This document shows, piece after piece, positions 18,800-28,690 of a DNA stretch of 64,000 nt. Numbering within the stretch: the stretch's first letter is position 1; the number at the start of each line of letters is the position of its first letter. Both the position numbers and the translations under genes were made by a program. The stretch comes from a virus. Taxonomy: Duplodnaviria > Heunggongvirae > Uroviricota > Caudoviricetes. The stretch lies in IMG/VR virus record IMGVR_UViG_3300026302_000005, positions 96,001-160,000 of that record. One strand, 5' to 3'. A model generated the notes under the pieces. That model was given only the letters and a program-made list of their open reading frames with translations, had not been told where the DNA came from and made no database searches.

Positions 18800-21700
18800 A
18801 TGCGCCTACAGACCCTATTGAATAGAAAAATCACGTCTGCTGGCAATTTGCTGGAAACGACTGCTGTTGTCTATCATGGATCGCAACAGGATGAGCCGAT
18901 CTTCACTCATACCCATGTCGGTCATAACAGCACGGTGTTCGGGTCCTATGATGTGACCCGGTATGGAACTTTCTTTTCCAACAACCCGCAGTTCTCGGCT
19001 CTTTACGGCAAGGTTGGGAAATACCAAGTCGAACTCGGTCAGGTTCTTGAAGAAGAAATGATCCTGGAACAGTTGTTCCGTTACGGAATGACGCTGGATG
19101 CCCATGGACCAGAGCGGGAACACTGGCTCAACGTTTCCGGTATCACCCGTCATGGTCGTCCCTGGCAGGCATTTGATGAAGAAATCGGCCAACGATTCGT
19201 CCCGTATCTGATCGAACAGGGATACGATAGTGCCCAATTCACCGAAGATCATGAACATGTCATCGAGCCAAAGGGTATCCCGGTGTGGATCGAATCACTG
19301 ACAACCGTGGTATTCGATCCGTCGCGGATACGACGGCTGTCCCCGCATGTAGACGTGGAGATTACCGCCGATCAATATGAGTCTGCTCCGCCCATCATGG
19401 AGATGCCGGGGTGGATGGACAAGTATCCGAAGCAACCAGCTATCCCTGACCCCATCGACGACATGGATGTGCGGAAATACCGTAGGATCGCCAGCAACGG
19501 AAAGATCGACTTATGGCTGTTCAAAGATGAGATGGATGTTATCATCACTCCGACCGGTAAGTCCGTTCGACAGAACATCGGGTATGTGCGACTTCATAAT
19601 CTGGAAACCTTCTCCGGGTCGAATTCCTATCAGGCCAAGAACTTCGGTTCCACCTATGTGGTCACAGATATCTACCTGGAGCCGGATTACCGTGGTGGCA
19701 CTGGCACGTTCATCTACAAGAGCCTACTACAGCGGGGTCTGACTCTGGCTTCATCCACATCGGTCAACCCCAACAGCCAAGGTGTATGGCGGAAGCTCGT
19801 GGCAGACCCAGAGGTGGCTGTGTGGGCGATGCATCGGCGTGGTTCGACCGCATACCCGCTCAAAGACCAGCGAGGTCGGCTGGAGCCCCAGGTGCCAGTC
19901 GGTGGGGATGATGTCACGTATGAGAACTCCATCTGGTTCGCTTCTATGCAGATCAATCCATTGAATGAAGCCGAGGTCATTCCGTTTAAGCCCAAACCGA
20001 AACAAACACCGATGTCTGAGCCGATGGCCACGTATCAGGATGCCATCCGGGATATGGTAGCACAGTTTGAAGAACGCTTCCGGATCGAGGGAAAGTTCAA
20101 AGCCTATCTAGACCGATACTTGGAGAGTGGGTATGTCCCCACCATCGATCTGTCGGTGGAGATTGACCATGGTCGTCCCACCCCAGAAGAGGCTGCGTTG
20201 TTTCGTAGTGAAAGGCTGAAACCGGATGGATCAACTGGGTGGCACATCTATGACAACCCCGGGGATAGCTCCTGGATGTCTGATGATCATGCATGGGTTC
20301 CGGATGGTAATGGTGGAAAGACCATCAAGCGGGTCAGAAAGACCCCATCGAACATCTACTACACCCCACGGTATTCCACCCTGATCGGGCCCAAAGAGGC
20401 AGAGCAGCTTTGGCAGAACCGCAAGTCTTCCGAGGTAATGCAACGGTATGGTGGATACAACGCCATGACTGGTGGATCGGCCACAGGGTGGACCACTTTT
20501 GCATATGACAAATCTTCGGTATCCAAGGTTGGCGGTCGATATGATATCCGAACCCATAAGGATCACCATAAGCTGTTCCCGAACGGAAAACGCTGGATGT
20601 TGGGATTGACCCAAAGCAGTCCTGGTGACGACTGGTATCAGACTGCACGGGATGAAAACGAGTTCCGCGATCTCATCATGGTCTACAAGATCATTCAGCA
20701 GGCTGAACAGATGAAGCGGCAAGGTGGGGATGTTAAACAGATCGGTATGAACTATCGCCCGCGTGGCACCGACATGCACATCAGCATGGATCGAATGCTG
20801 GGTGAGGCATACGCCGATGCGTCTCTGATGGATCGGAAGAAGTCATTCTTCTCTGATCATGCTCATCTACTAATGCCGATTGTCAAGGGATTGATGAAGA
20901 CAGCGGCACGGCCACTTGTCTATAAGGTTTGGAAGTCTACTCCCAAGGCCGTGATGGGGTTGGCCGCAATTATCAAATTACACCAGTCGGGTGATCCTCA
21001 CCCGTTCATTACACTGACCCAACTTGTCGATATGGAAGTCCCTATGATTTTCATCAAGAGGTTAGCATGGGATTCGGGACTAAGAGACATACCGGGGTTG
21101 GGTAGACAGAGACCCGGCTTGATGCCACATATGATGACAGAAGCTCGGTTCATCCCCACTCAGGGTGATCAACGACACCATCACCACCGGGTGGGTGATG
21201 ATGCCGTGATGGTTTGGATGGACCCCAGGGTATTTTTGAAGCAGGCTCCCGGTATGGGTCCGGGGTATGATCCCGAGCAAGATGAAATGGTTCAACATTG
21301 GGCTGAATGGCTTCGTGATGGTCGTCCACTAGATGGACTTGAACTTGGTGGCGATTCCGGGCATGATGGTCGGCATCGTGCCTGGGGAGCGATTCTCGCA
21401 GGTGTAGCAAAGGTCCCGGTTTACGTTGAACCGGACATGGCTGAGTTCTATGTGGAAAACGAGATGGCTGAACTTACGGAAAGTATCGATAACACAACCG
21501 TTTACCATGTCACAGAACGGTCTGCGGCCAAACAGATTTTGAAATCTGGGTTTCTACCTGGATGGGGCGATCTCGGATACGGGGTGTATTTTTTCGGAAC
21601 TATCGAATCGGCGGAGGAATATGCGACGGATGGTGGATGGGATGGGCGATTGAAGTCCCCGACCATCCTGGCCGTTCGTGATGCTCGTATACAACAGGTT

Positions 21701-21826
21701 ACTGCGGCTGATATGGACCCGTCATGGGACCCCAATTACTATGGTGATATGTGGTGGGTCCAACTAGAAGACACCGGCGATGACGACTACTGGGTTCCGC
21801 AATTCGTGGAGCCTGCATTCAAATGA
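18800..21826 (+). CDS. Leader-bearing polyvalent protein: ART - GNAT - unknown - unknown - ParB/Srx-like - ART
   Basis: VYHGS..YGTFFS..GYDSA..VVFDP (ART); IYLEPDYRGGTG..IY..SQGVWRKL (GNAT); HDGRHRA..VPV (ParB-like); VYHVT..ILKSGF..GYGVYFF (ART). TAAATAC at 18778. Confidence 0.7.
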   Translation: MRLQTLLNRKITSAGNLLETTAVVYHGSQQDEPIFTHTHVGHNSTVFGSYDVTRYGTFFSNNPQFSALYGKVGKYQVELGQVLEEEMILEQLFRYGMTLDAHGPEREHWLNVSGITRHGRPWQAFDEEIGQRFVPYLIEQGYDSAQFTEDHEHVIEPKGIPVWIESLTTVVFDPSRIRRLSPHVDVEITADQYESAPPIMEMPGWMDKYPKQPAIPDPIDDMDVRKYRRIASNGKIDLWLFKDEMDVIITPTGKSVRQNIGYVRLHNLETFSGSNSYQAKNFGSTYVVTDIYLEPDYRGGTGTFIYKSLLQRGLTLASSTSVNPNSQGVWRKLVADPEVAVWAMHRRGSTAYPLKDQRGRLEPQVPVGGDDVTYENSIWFASMQINPLNEAEVIPFKPKPKQTPMSEPMATYQDAIRDMVAQFEERFRIEGKFKAYLDRYLESGYVPTIDLSVEIDHGRPTPEEAALFRSERLKPDGSTGWHIYDNPGDSSWMSDDHAWVPDGNGGKTIKRVRKTPSNIYYTPRYSTLIGPKEAEQLWQNRKSSEVMQRYGGYNAMTGGSATGWTTFAYDKSSVSKVGGRYDIRTHKDHHKLFPNGKRWMLGLTQSSPGDDWYQTARDENEFRDLIMVYKIIQQAEQMKRQGGDVKQIGMNYRPRGTDMHISMDRMLGEAYADASLMDRKKSFFSDHAHLLMPIVKGLMKTAARPLVYKVWKSTPKAVMGLAAIIKLHQSGDPHPFITLTQLVDMEVPMIFIKRLAWDSGLRDIPGLGRQRPGLMPHMMTEARFIPTQGDQRHHHHRVGDDAVMVWMDPRVFLKQAPGMGPGYDPEQDEMVQHWAEWLRDGRPLDGLELGGDSGHDGRHRAWGAILAGVAKVPVYVEPDMAEFYVENEMAELTESIDNTTVYHVTERSAAKQILKSGFLPGWGDLGYGVYFFGTIESAEEYATDGGWDGRLKSPTILAVRDARIQQVTAADMDPSWDPNYYGDMWWVQLEDTGDDDYWVPQFVEPAFK

Positions 21827-22179
21827 AATTGACTGAACTCGTCCCTGCTACCAAAACCGTCTACCACGTTACCTTTGCTCGCAATCTTCGTGAGATCAAG
21901 GTTCAGGGCCTGGAGCCCCGGATCGGAAAGAACAGTAAGGCTATCGGTGAGAAGCAGCCTGGTGTTCATGTGTTCTTCGATTGGGAATCCATGGAGGATG
22001 CTGCCACCAACTGGGATATGGACTGGCATGAGGATGAAGATGAAGAGCTTGTCGTGCTGGCTCTAAAGGTTCCTGCCGATTGGGTTCGTTCCCATTGGGA
22101 GACCTTCAATACCGGCACCGGCATCATCATGCAGTCGGTGCCCCCAAGTATGATTCGCGTGGTCAAGAGAAACTTCTAA
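21823..22179 (+). CDS. Small ART-fold protein (Tpt1/KptA-like)
   Basis: MKLTEL leader; VYHVT...NLREIKVQGLEP...VHVF...VPPSMI. Confidence 0.6.
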   Translation: MKLTELVPATKTVYHVTFARNLREIKVQGLEPRIGKNSKAIGEKQPGVHVFFDWESMEDAATNWDMDWHEDEDEELVVLALKVPADWVRSHWETFNTGTGIIMQSVPPSMIRVVKRNF

Positions 22180-22241
22180 CAATAGCTTGCATACTAACAT
22201 CACTGGTGTTAGTATCATCCATCACTGTTAGGATCATCGCC

Positions 22242-22700
22242 ATGCCGATTACATTCACCAAGGTATCCCTGCCGTTTGGATGGCTCGGAAACATGTCTCC
22301 CCATCCCGTGGTGGTTGATGGCCACCGGTGGCACACGGCTGAACATGCATTCCAGGCCCACCGGTTTCCATCCGATCACATGATCTGGGACGTGATCAAG
22401 AACACCAAGAGTCCTATGGCCGCAAAGATGCTGGTCAAGAACGTCGCTCAGGATATGCAGATCATACCTGGGTCCGATGAGGATTTCCATCTGATGGAGT
22501 ATGTGGTTCATCAAAAAGCGATCCAGAACGATCTGATCAAGCCGCTGCTGGCTACCGGTGATGAGGTTCTGATCGAAGACGTCACCCGTCGTCCTCACGG
22601 TCGCAATATGATCTGGGGGATGGCTCTGATCGATGGTCAGTGGGTTGGTGAGAACCGGCTCGGAAATATCTGGATGGCCTTACGTTCGTCTTTTTCTTGA
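22242..22700 (+). CDS. NADAR (YbiA-like) family protein
   Basis: LGNMSPHPV, WHTAEHAFQA, LLATGD..LIE, WG...GENRLG.I.M.LR. Confidence 0.88.
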   Translation: MPITFTKVSLPFGWLGNMSPHPVVVDGHRWHTAEHAFQAHRFPSDHMIWDVIKNTKSPMAAKMLVKNVAQDMQIIPGSDEDFHLMEYVVHQKAIQNDLIKPLLATGDEVLIEDVTRRPHGRNMIWGMALIDGQWVGENRLGNIWMALRSSFS

Positions 22701-22725
22701 CAAACATGATTCAGGCTGATATGGT
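22697..22725 (+). promoter_or_regulatory. sigma70-type early promoter
   Basis: TTGACA-17 bp-TATGGT with TGATTCA in the spacer; GAGGAG RBS downstream. Confidence 0.7.
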
Positions 22726-22751
22726 GGTCTTCAACAGACGAGGAGACTGCC

Positions 22752-23012
22752 ATGCGTATCATGTATCCCAGCTACTTCCTGCCACGTGATTCCAAGTCCT
22801 ACAAGGCTATGGTTGTGGTTGTTCCGTCGGCGAATGATGTCTTTCGTGTGAAGACGTATCGGTTGGTGGCCACGTCCTGGCGCTTTCCCTTCGCATGGAT
22901 GGCGACTGTTGTGGCACTCGCATTCATGATCGCCAACCCGCGTCGATATTCTATGGCCCATGAACTGGCCCAGAAGCATCTGATCGATGCCACATTTCAA
23001 CCTGCAACCTAA
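22752..23012 (+). CDS. Hypothetical protein with hydrophobic segment
   Basis: GAGGAG RBS, 86 aa. Confidence 0.65.
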   Translation: MRIMYPSYFLPRDSKSYKAMVVVVPSANDVFRVKTYRLVATSWRFPFAWMATVVALAFMIANPRRYSMAHELAQKHLIDATFQPAT

Positions 23013-23023
23013 AGGACCCCATC

Positions 23024-23380
23024 ATGCTTGACGTGCAAGAATCCTATCGAGCCGCCTCTGTGGCCGCAGAACAAGAACGCCGCATCCGTCGTCTGTTTTC
23101 GGCGGTCGTGATGGAAGCTCTTGACGAGGCTATCGAGGATGACATCAAATTCTCCCCTGACAACGCTCCCACCAGTGGTCCCGACAAGCTGATACGCCGC
23201 TACAATGTCGGTCGTGATGATTTGCTTCGGTGGGCCGAAAGTGCGGATGGCCGTATGGTTCTGACGCTGGCCGGTATCGAGCCGGGGCCGCGAACTGCTG
23301 CAAATCTGGTGGCATTCGTCGAGCGGGGCGTTCGCACGGCAGTGGCTCTTTCCGCCGTGGCTCATGAAAAAGCCAGTTGA
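23024..23380 (+). CDS. Hypothetical protein
   Basis: AAGGA RBS, 118 aa. Confidence 0.65.
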   Translation: MLDVQESYRAASVAAEQERRIRRLFSAVVMEALDEAIEDDIKFSPDNAPTSGPDKLIRRYNVGRDDLLRWAESADGRMVLTLAGIEPGPRTAANLVAFVERGVRTAVALSAVAHEKAS

Positions 23381-23425
23381 CGCCCTACGGATTATCTGAT
23401 ACGCACGAACAAAAGGGAGATCGAC

Positions 23426-23704
23426 ATGCTCGAATGTATCGCAATTGCCGGGGCACTGTTTGTGCATGTGGCCCATGACCCGATGACCGGGGTCACAACC
23501 ACAGGCACCACGGCGTGGGAATTTGTCATGCCGTTGGAAGAAACGGTGATAACGCTGCAATCTGATCCTGCGGATCGATCAGTTCCCATCAAGGTGTATT
23601 TCTCCAACAAGGACTATGGTTCGATCCCGGTGGAACTGACCCACATCAAGTTCCCGGGATGGAATTTGTCTGATTTCATCGCATCGTGTCCGGTGACAGA
23701 ATGA
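23426..23704 (+). CDS. Hypothetical protein
   Basis: GGGAG RBS; ATGA overlap with the Thg1 gene. Confidence 0.6.
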   Translation: MLECIAIAGALFVHVAHDPMTGVTTTGTTAWEFVMPLEETVITLQSDPADRSVPIKVYFSNKDYGSIPVELTHIKFPGWNLSDFIASCPVTE

Positions 23705-24552
23705 GCAAGCATCCAGACGAGTTCGGGGATCGGATGAAGCAATTCGAGGGCGTCGAGGCTCAACGTCGTTTCATGCCGGGGTTGCCGATCTGTGCCAGGA
23801 TCGACGGGCGGGGATTCAGCAAGTTCACCCGTGGGTTCGAGAAGCCATTTGATCAACATCTGGCCAATGCCATGCGAAAAACGACCTCATGGTTAGTCGA
23901 AGAGACGCATGCCGCCGTCGGCTATACCCAGTCGGATGAGATCAGTCTGGTTTTCACCCCCAACACGGATGATAGTCAGGGCTTCTTCGCCGGTCGCATT
24001 CAGAAGCTGGCCAGCGTGTTGGCGAGCATGGCCACGGTGAGTTTCAACCATGTCATGATGGAGACGCACGAAGAGATCGTTCGGAAGCGTATGCCGCTGT
24101 TCGATGCTCGTGTATGGCAGGTTCCGTCCATGGCTGAGGCTACCAACACCTTGTTGTGGCGAGCGATGGATGCCAAGAAAAACGGCATTTCGTCGGCCTG
24201 CCGCAGTATGTTCTCGGCCAAGGCCATGCACGGAAAATCACAGCGTGATATGCTGGAGATGATGGATCAGGCTGGGTGCTATTACCTGGATGTCTATCCG
24301 TGGCAGGATCGACTCGGGGTATTCTTCCGCCGTGAAACCTTCCAGGCGGAAATCGAACAGGCCGTGTGGGAACAGATTCCGGAGCGGTCTCATGCAACGA
24401 TGGGCCGGATGGTTACTCGCAGTCGGGTGGTTCCACTGGAAATCACACGACCTCTCAGCGAAGTATATGATCGCCCGGGTGTCCTCTTCGGGAACACCAG
24501 GATCGAATATGCCGGTGAGGGACACATTACCCTGGACCCGCGACAGGACTGA
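23701..24552 (+). CDS. tRNA(His) guanylyltransferase Thg1-like protein
   Basis: ARIDGRGFSKFT..F.KPFD, YTQSDEISL, GRIQKLAS, FDARV. Confidence 0.93.
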   Translation: MSKHPDEFGDRMKQFEGVEAQRRFMPGLPICARIDGRGFSKFTRGFEKPFDQHLANAMRKTTSWLVEETHAAVGYTQSDEISLVFTPNTDDSQGFFAGRIQKLASVLASMATVSFNHVMMETHEEIVRKRMPLFDARVWQVPSMAEATNTLLWRAMDAKKNGISSACRSMFSAKAMHGKSQRDMLEMMDQAGCYYLDVYPWQDRLGVFFRRETFQAEIEQAVWEQIPERSHATMGRMVTRSRVVPLEITRPLSEVYDRPGVLFGNTRIEYAGEGHITLDPRQD

Positions 24553-24611
24553 AAATATTAACGTGGTTTTTGGACACCTCCACTGCCTAAATACGGCTGT
24601 GGGGGTGCTCT

Positions 24612-25439
24612 ATGGCCGCTTTGAAACGCAAACCATTCTTCTATGACGCACAGATGAAGCGTATGCTGGTCCAGCTTATGGCTGGATTTTCCGGGTATCA
24701 GGTGATGACCGGTTTGCAGCGAGATGGATCGCCGAAGTTCATTGATGTCCCGATCATCTACGGAGACATGTCACGGGTTGCGGGATACGTTCTCGGACCT
24801 CGTGGTGATCAGGACAATTCCACCAACAGTCTACCGATCATGGCCCTGTATATGACATCCTTGCAGCAGGCACAGGATCGTCGTCAGGCACCGCAGCACG
24901 TCGAGCGATACAACTACATCGAGCGGGCGAAAGACCCGGATGGGAATATTCTGACGGGTGAGCCCGGGAAGAAGAAGACGGTTGAGCGGTTCATGCCGGT
25001 CCCGTATGAACTGGGGATCGAGGTTTCGATCTGGGCCAGTAATAACGACCAGGGTCTTCAACTGGTCGAACAGATCAGCACGGTATTCAATCCAGACATG
25101 GAAATCCAACTCAGCAATAGTCCTGCTGACTGGATTTTTCTGACGTCGTTGATTTTCGAAGGCACAGTCAATATGGAGAAGGTGGTTCCGTCCGGTGGTG
25201 ACACCGATCCGGTCTACGTGTTCCGTCTGGGGTTCTCGACGATTGTCTGGATGAGCCCACCCGCGAAGGTCTATGACACCAAATACATCTACCGAATTCA
25301 CGTTCCAATCCTGGAGCTTGAAGAGGATTTGGACTTCGACACTATGGGCCAGCTTGATGGTCTGGTGATCGAGGCGAATGAGGACGACATCAGCCTATTT
25401 GAAAGCTTGGGGCCAGGAATGACCCCAAGTAGCATTTAA
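24612..25439 (+). CDS. Tail sheath terminator (T4 gp15-like)
   Basis: FFYDAQ.KR, VPIIYGD, MPVPYEL...V.IW..N.DQ.LQ..EQI...FNP, WMSPPAKV. Confidence 0.88.
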   Translation: MAALKRKPFFYDAQMKRMLVQLMAGFSGYQVMTGLQRDGSPKFIDVPIIYGDMSRVAGYVLGPRGDQDNSTNSLPIMALYMTSLQQAQDRRQAPQHVERYNYIERAKDPDGNILTGEPGKKKTVERFMPVPYELGIEVSIWASNNDQGLQLVEQISTVFNPDMEIQLSNSPADWIFLTSLIFEGTVNMEKVVPSGGDTDPVYVFRLGFSTIVWMSPPAKVYDTKYIYRIHVPILELEEDLDFDTMGQLDGLVIEANEDDISLFESLGPGMTPSSI

Positions 25440-25494
25440 CCTATGAGTTTGATCTAAATACCTGAGCAATCTCGATGGCGAGAGGAAAAGAACA

Positions 25495-27855
25495 ATGCCA
25501 ACTTTGACATCCCCCGGCGTAGCGGTTTACGTGAATGACCAGTCGATCTACTCGGAGCCGAATCCGACAACGATCCCACTGGTCATCATTGCGACCCGTG
25601 CCAACAAAACGACCCCCGATGGGGCTGGAACTGCTCGTGGCACGACCGAGGCGAACAAGCTCCGCGTGGTTGGCTCGCAGCGTGAACTTCTCCAGAACTA
25701 CGGAAACCCGGTGTTCGTATCCTCGTCCGGGGAGCCGGTTCCTGGAGAGGAAACCAACGAGGTTGGTCTTCTTGGCCTCCACACGTTCCTGGGACGCGGT
25801 TCCAGGGCCTTCATCATTCGTGCCGACATCGATCTGGCCGGATTGGTTCCCACCACTCAGGAGCCCGTTCTGCCGCCCCCGGATGGAACACATTGGGTGA
25901 AGAATACTGCTGTCGTCGGTGGTATCTTCCAACGTGTCGCCGGTCAGTGGGTTGCACAGCCTTTCAGCGTCTATACGACCACTCCTGGAAACGCCGATGG
26001 TGTTGATGGAGACTGGGCATTCGACTACTCCAACCTGGATGGAACTATCCGGTTCAAGTCCGGTGGTATCTGGAGAGCCGCAACCAACGCCAACCTGGCC
26101 GCACAGATTGCACCAACCAGCAACCTACATGTCCAGCCAACTTCACCGACTGGTGTTCAGAACAACGATTTCTGGTATAAGACGACCTCTTCTGCTGGCG
26201 GAACCAATTTGTTCCTGACTCGTTATCGTGCAGTCGATGGTGTCTTTGTGACGGTTCCGATCATTCGTCAAAACGTCGCTCCGACACCGAATCAGGGAAC
26301 GGTATGGGAAGACCTGTCCACGATCAACTTCGATGGTCGTCGCCCGCTGTATATCGGAACGGGTTCAGCTTTCATCCCACTGCCGTTCGTGGTTCAACCG
26401 CTTGAGCCGGTAACCGAGCCGACCGCTGGTGTTCTGTGGTATGACGATACCTTTACGGATTTCGCTCTCTACGTCGAAGGAACTGACTTCGGTCGCGGCG
26501 ATCAGTGGGTCCCGGTGACCACGACAAACGTCAGCAACCCGACCGCAAGCCAGAAGGTCATCTCGGCCAGCCCGCCTCAATTCCCCCAGGATGGTGCGAT
26601 CTGGGTGGACATCTCCACTCCGCAAGCATTCGACTACTACCCCATCATCATGCGTTGGCAGTCTGGACAATGGGTGGACATCACCGATAGCGTTCAGATT
26701 GGTCCAGAAGACCCGATTGCTGGAGCCGTTCTGAACGGAACCTACTGGCTGAACACCGGCGAATCGATCACCCGCAACACGGTGAAGGTCTATGACCCGA
26801 ACTTTACGGCTGTGACCGTTCAGTTGATCTCCAACGTCTATACCGTTGTGCCGCAGACTGGCAACTTCTGGTATCCGAACGCTGGCACCAAGTTTGGCCG
26901 TCGTGCTGTTCGCGATATCATCGTGGAGAAGATGCAGGAATCCATCATCATCAACCAGGAAATCCGTGCCGAAGCCAACTACTTCCAGTTGATCGCGGCT
27001 CCTGGATATCCGGAACTCTACTCCGAGATGATCTCTCTGAACATCGATAACGGCGAGACTGCGTTTGTTGTGGCTGATACTCCGAAGTTCATGATTTCCA
27101 CCGGGGTCCCGGTTGGTCGTGAAATCACCGCAGCCGAATGGGCAACCAACACGAACAACGTGACTGAGACCGGCGAAGATGGATTCTCCTCTGGCCGCTC
27201 GCCTTATGCTGGCTTCTGGTATCCGTGGGGCAATGCCACCAACGTTACCGGGGAAACAGTGTTTGTTCCGCCGTCACACATGGCACTGCGAACCATTGCC
27301 TATTCCGACAGCGTTGCAGCCCCGTGGTTCCCACCGGCTGGCCTCAATCGTGGTCGAGTGGACAATGCCGAGTCTGTGGGCTATCTGAACAACAATGGTG
27401 AGTATACACCGGTTCAGCTTACCAACAGCATGCGGAACGTGCTCTACGAAAACGACATCAACCCGATCATGTTCAAGCCGAACACTGGCCTGGTTGTGTT
27501 TGGTCAGAAGTCCTGGGCAGCAACTGCATCGGCTCTTGACCGTGTGAACGTCGCTCGTTTGATCGCCAAGATGAAGTATGACCTCCAGCGGCTGTTGGAA
27601 CCGTTCCTGTTCGAAATCAACGATCCGATCACTCGTCGGTCGGCTCAGGTTGCGACTGAACGGTATCTGGCCGGTCTGAAATCGCTTCGGGCTCTCTACG
27701 ACTATGCCGCACGATGCGACGAGTCGAACAACACCCCGGACAAGATCGACCGCAATGAGATGTGGGTTGACGTGGCTATCCAACCGGCCAAGTCCATCGA
27801 ATTCATCTACGTGCCGATCACTGTTCTGAACACCGGCGAAGACTTCCCGTTCTGA
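25495..27855 (+). CDS. Tail sheath protein (gp18-like)
   Basis: LTSPGV.V, WFPPAGLNRG, LYENDINPI, FGQKS...SALDRVNVARL, FEIND..TR, IQPAKSIEFIY. Confidence 0.96.
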   Translation: MPTLTSPGVAVYVNDQSIYSEPNPTTIPLVIIATRANKTTPDGAGTARGTTEANKLRVVGSQRELLQNYGNPVFVSSSGEPVPGEETNEVGLLGLHTFLGRGSRAFIIRADIDLAGLVPTTQEPVLPPPDGTHWVKNTAVVGGIFQRVAGQWVAQPFSVYTTTPGNADGVDGDWAFDYSNLDGTIRFKSGGIWRAATNANLAAQIAPTSNLHVQPTSPTGVQNNDFWYKTTSSAGGTNLFLTRYRAVDGVFVTVPIIRQNVAPTPNQGTVWEDLSTINFDGRRPLYIGTGSAFIPLPFVVQPLEPVTEPTAGVLWYDDTFTDFALYVEGTDFGRGDQWVPVTTTNVSNPTASQKVISASPPQFPQDGAIWVDISTPQAFDYYPIIMRWQSGQWVDITDSVQIGPEDPIAGAVLNGTYWLNTGESITRNTVKVYDPNFTAVTVQLISNVYTVVPQTGNFWYPNAGTKFGRRAVRDIIVEKMQESIIINQEIRAEANYFQLIAAPGYPELYSEMISLNIDNGETAFVVADTPKFMISTGVPVGREITAAEWATNTNNVTETGEDGFSSGRSPYAGFWYPWGNATNVTGETVFVPPSHMALRTIAYSDSVAAPWFPPAGLNRGRVDNAESVGYLNNNGEYTPVQLTNSMRNVLYENDINPIMFKPNTGLVVFGQKSWAATASALDRVNVARLIAKMKYDLQRLLEPFLFEINDPITRRSAQVATERYLAGLKSLRALYDYAARCDESNNTPDKIDRNEMWVDVAIQPAKSIEFIYVPITVLNTGEDFPF

Positions 27856-27856
27856 T

Positions 27857-28090
27857 ATGTTTAGTCCATCGGAACGGGCTACCATAGAGGAAGTCTACGA
27901 TCAATACGACCTTGGCATACCTTTTGAACAAGCGTATGCCAGGGTCGTGAACTACGTGAGACAAAACCTCAAAGGTCGGCCTGCTCCTAAAGCCTATGAT
28001 GCTGCCCATCATGTTTTCAGTTCCATCAAGAATAACCAGGATGAGTTGGCTGAAATACACGACATACAGCGACGGGCTGGTATCAAGTAG
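27857..28090 (+). CDS. Hypothetical protein
   Basis: 77 aa ORF abutting the sheath gene and followed by a hairpin at 28117-28144. Confidence 0.55.
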   Translation: MFSPSERATIEEVYDQYDLGIPFEQAYARVVNYVRQNLKGRPAPKAYDAAHHVFSSIKNNQDELAEIHDIQRRAGIK

Positions 28091-28195
28091 AACGACACCA
28101 CATTTTGTGCAAGATAGAGGCCCCCAGACCCATTGGGGGCCTTTGTTCGTATTCGGGCCGACCATTCGATAAATATTCGTATGGGGGTTCCAATC

Positions 28196-28690
28196 ATGAC
28201 CGAATACGTCGGCGATTTTGACGAACTGATCGATGACCTCATTGATGATGGGGAGGTCATGGTTGTTGCCACAGAGCGGGGGATTGGTATATCTGCCAGA
28301 CTTGGAGAACTAACCACGTTGGAGAGTCCGGATGGGACCATTGACCGGTTGTTCATCGAGTTCTTTGCAGAGAGCACCGTGCCTGGGATGCCTGCCGATC
28401 TCATCGCCGGTTACACCGAGGATGACGTAACCACCATCACCGGCGTTGTTGTTGCCGACGTAGAATCAGATGTCTACCCGCCATCATATGTTGGGGAAGC
28501 CCTGACTGTTGAGAAATTTTTGGAAGAATATGAAGTGGGACCTGGAGTGACCAGAACGATCAACAAACTGATGGAACAACTGGTGATCCAGTCTACCCCG
28601 AGTGAGGGGTGGTTGGACCAGGTTTCATCACTGTATCATGATCGTATTCCTGGGAGAACCAGCATTGAGAAGGTTAGACCGGTGAACTGA
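28196..28690 (+). CDS. Acidic hypothetical late protein
   Basis: TAAATA near 28170; GGGGG RBS-like site. Confidence 0.6.
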   Translation: MTEYVGDFDELIDDLIDDGEVMVVATERGIGISARLGELTTLESPDGTIDRLFIEFFAESTVPGMPADLIAGYTEDDVTTITGVVVADVESDVYPPSYVGEALTVEKFLEEYEVGPGVTRTINKLMEQLVIQSTPSEGWLDQVSSLYHDRIPGRTSIEKVRPVN

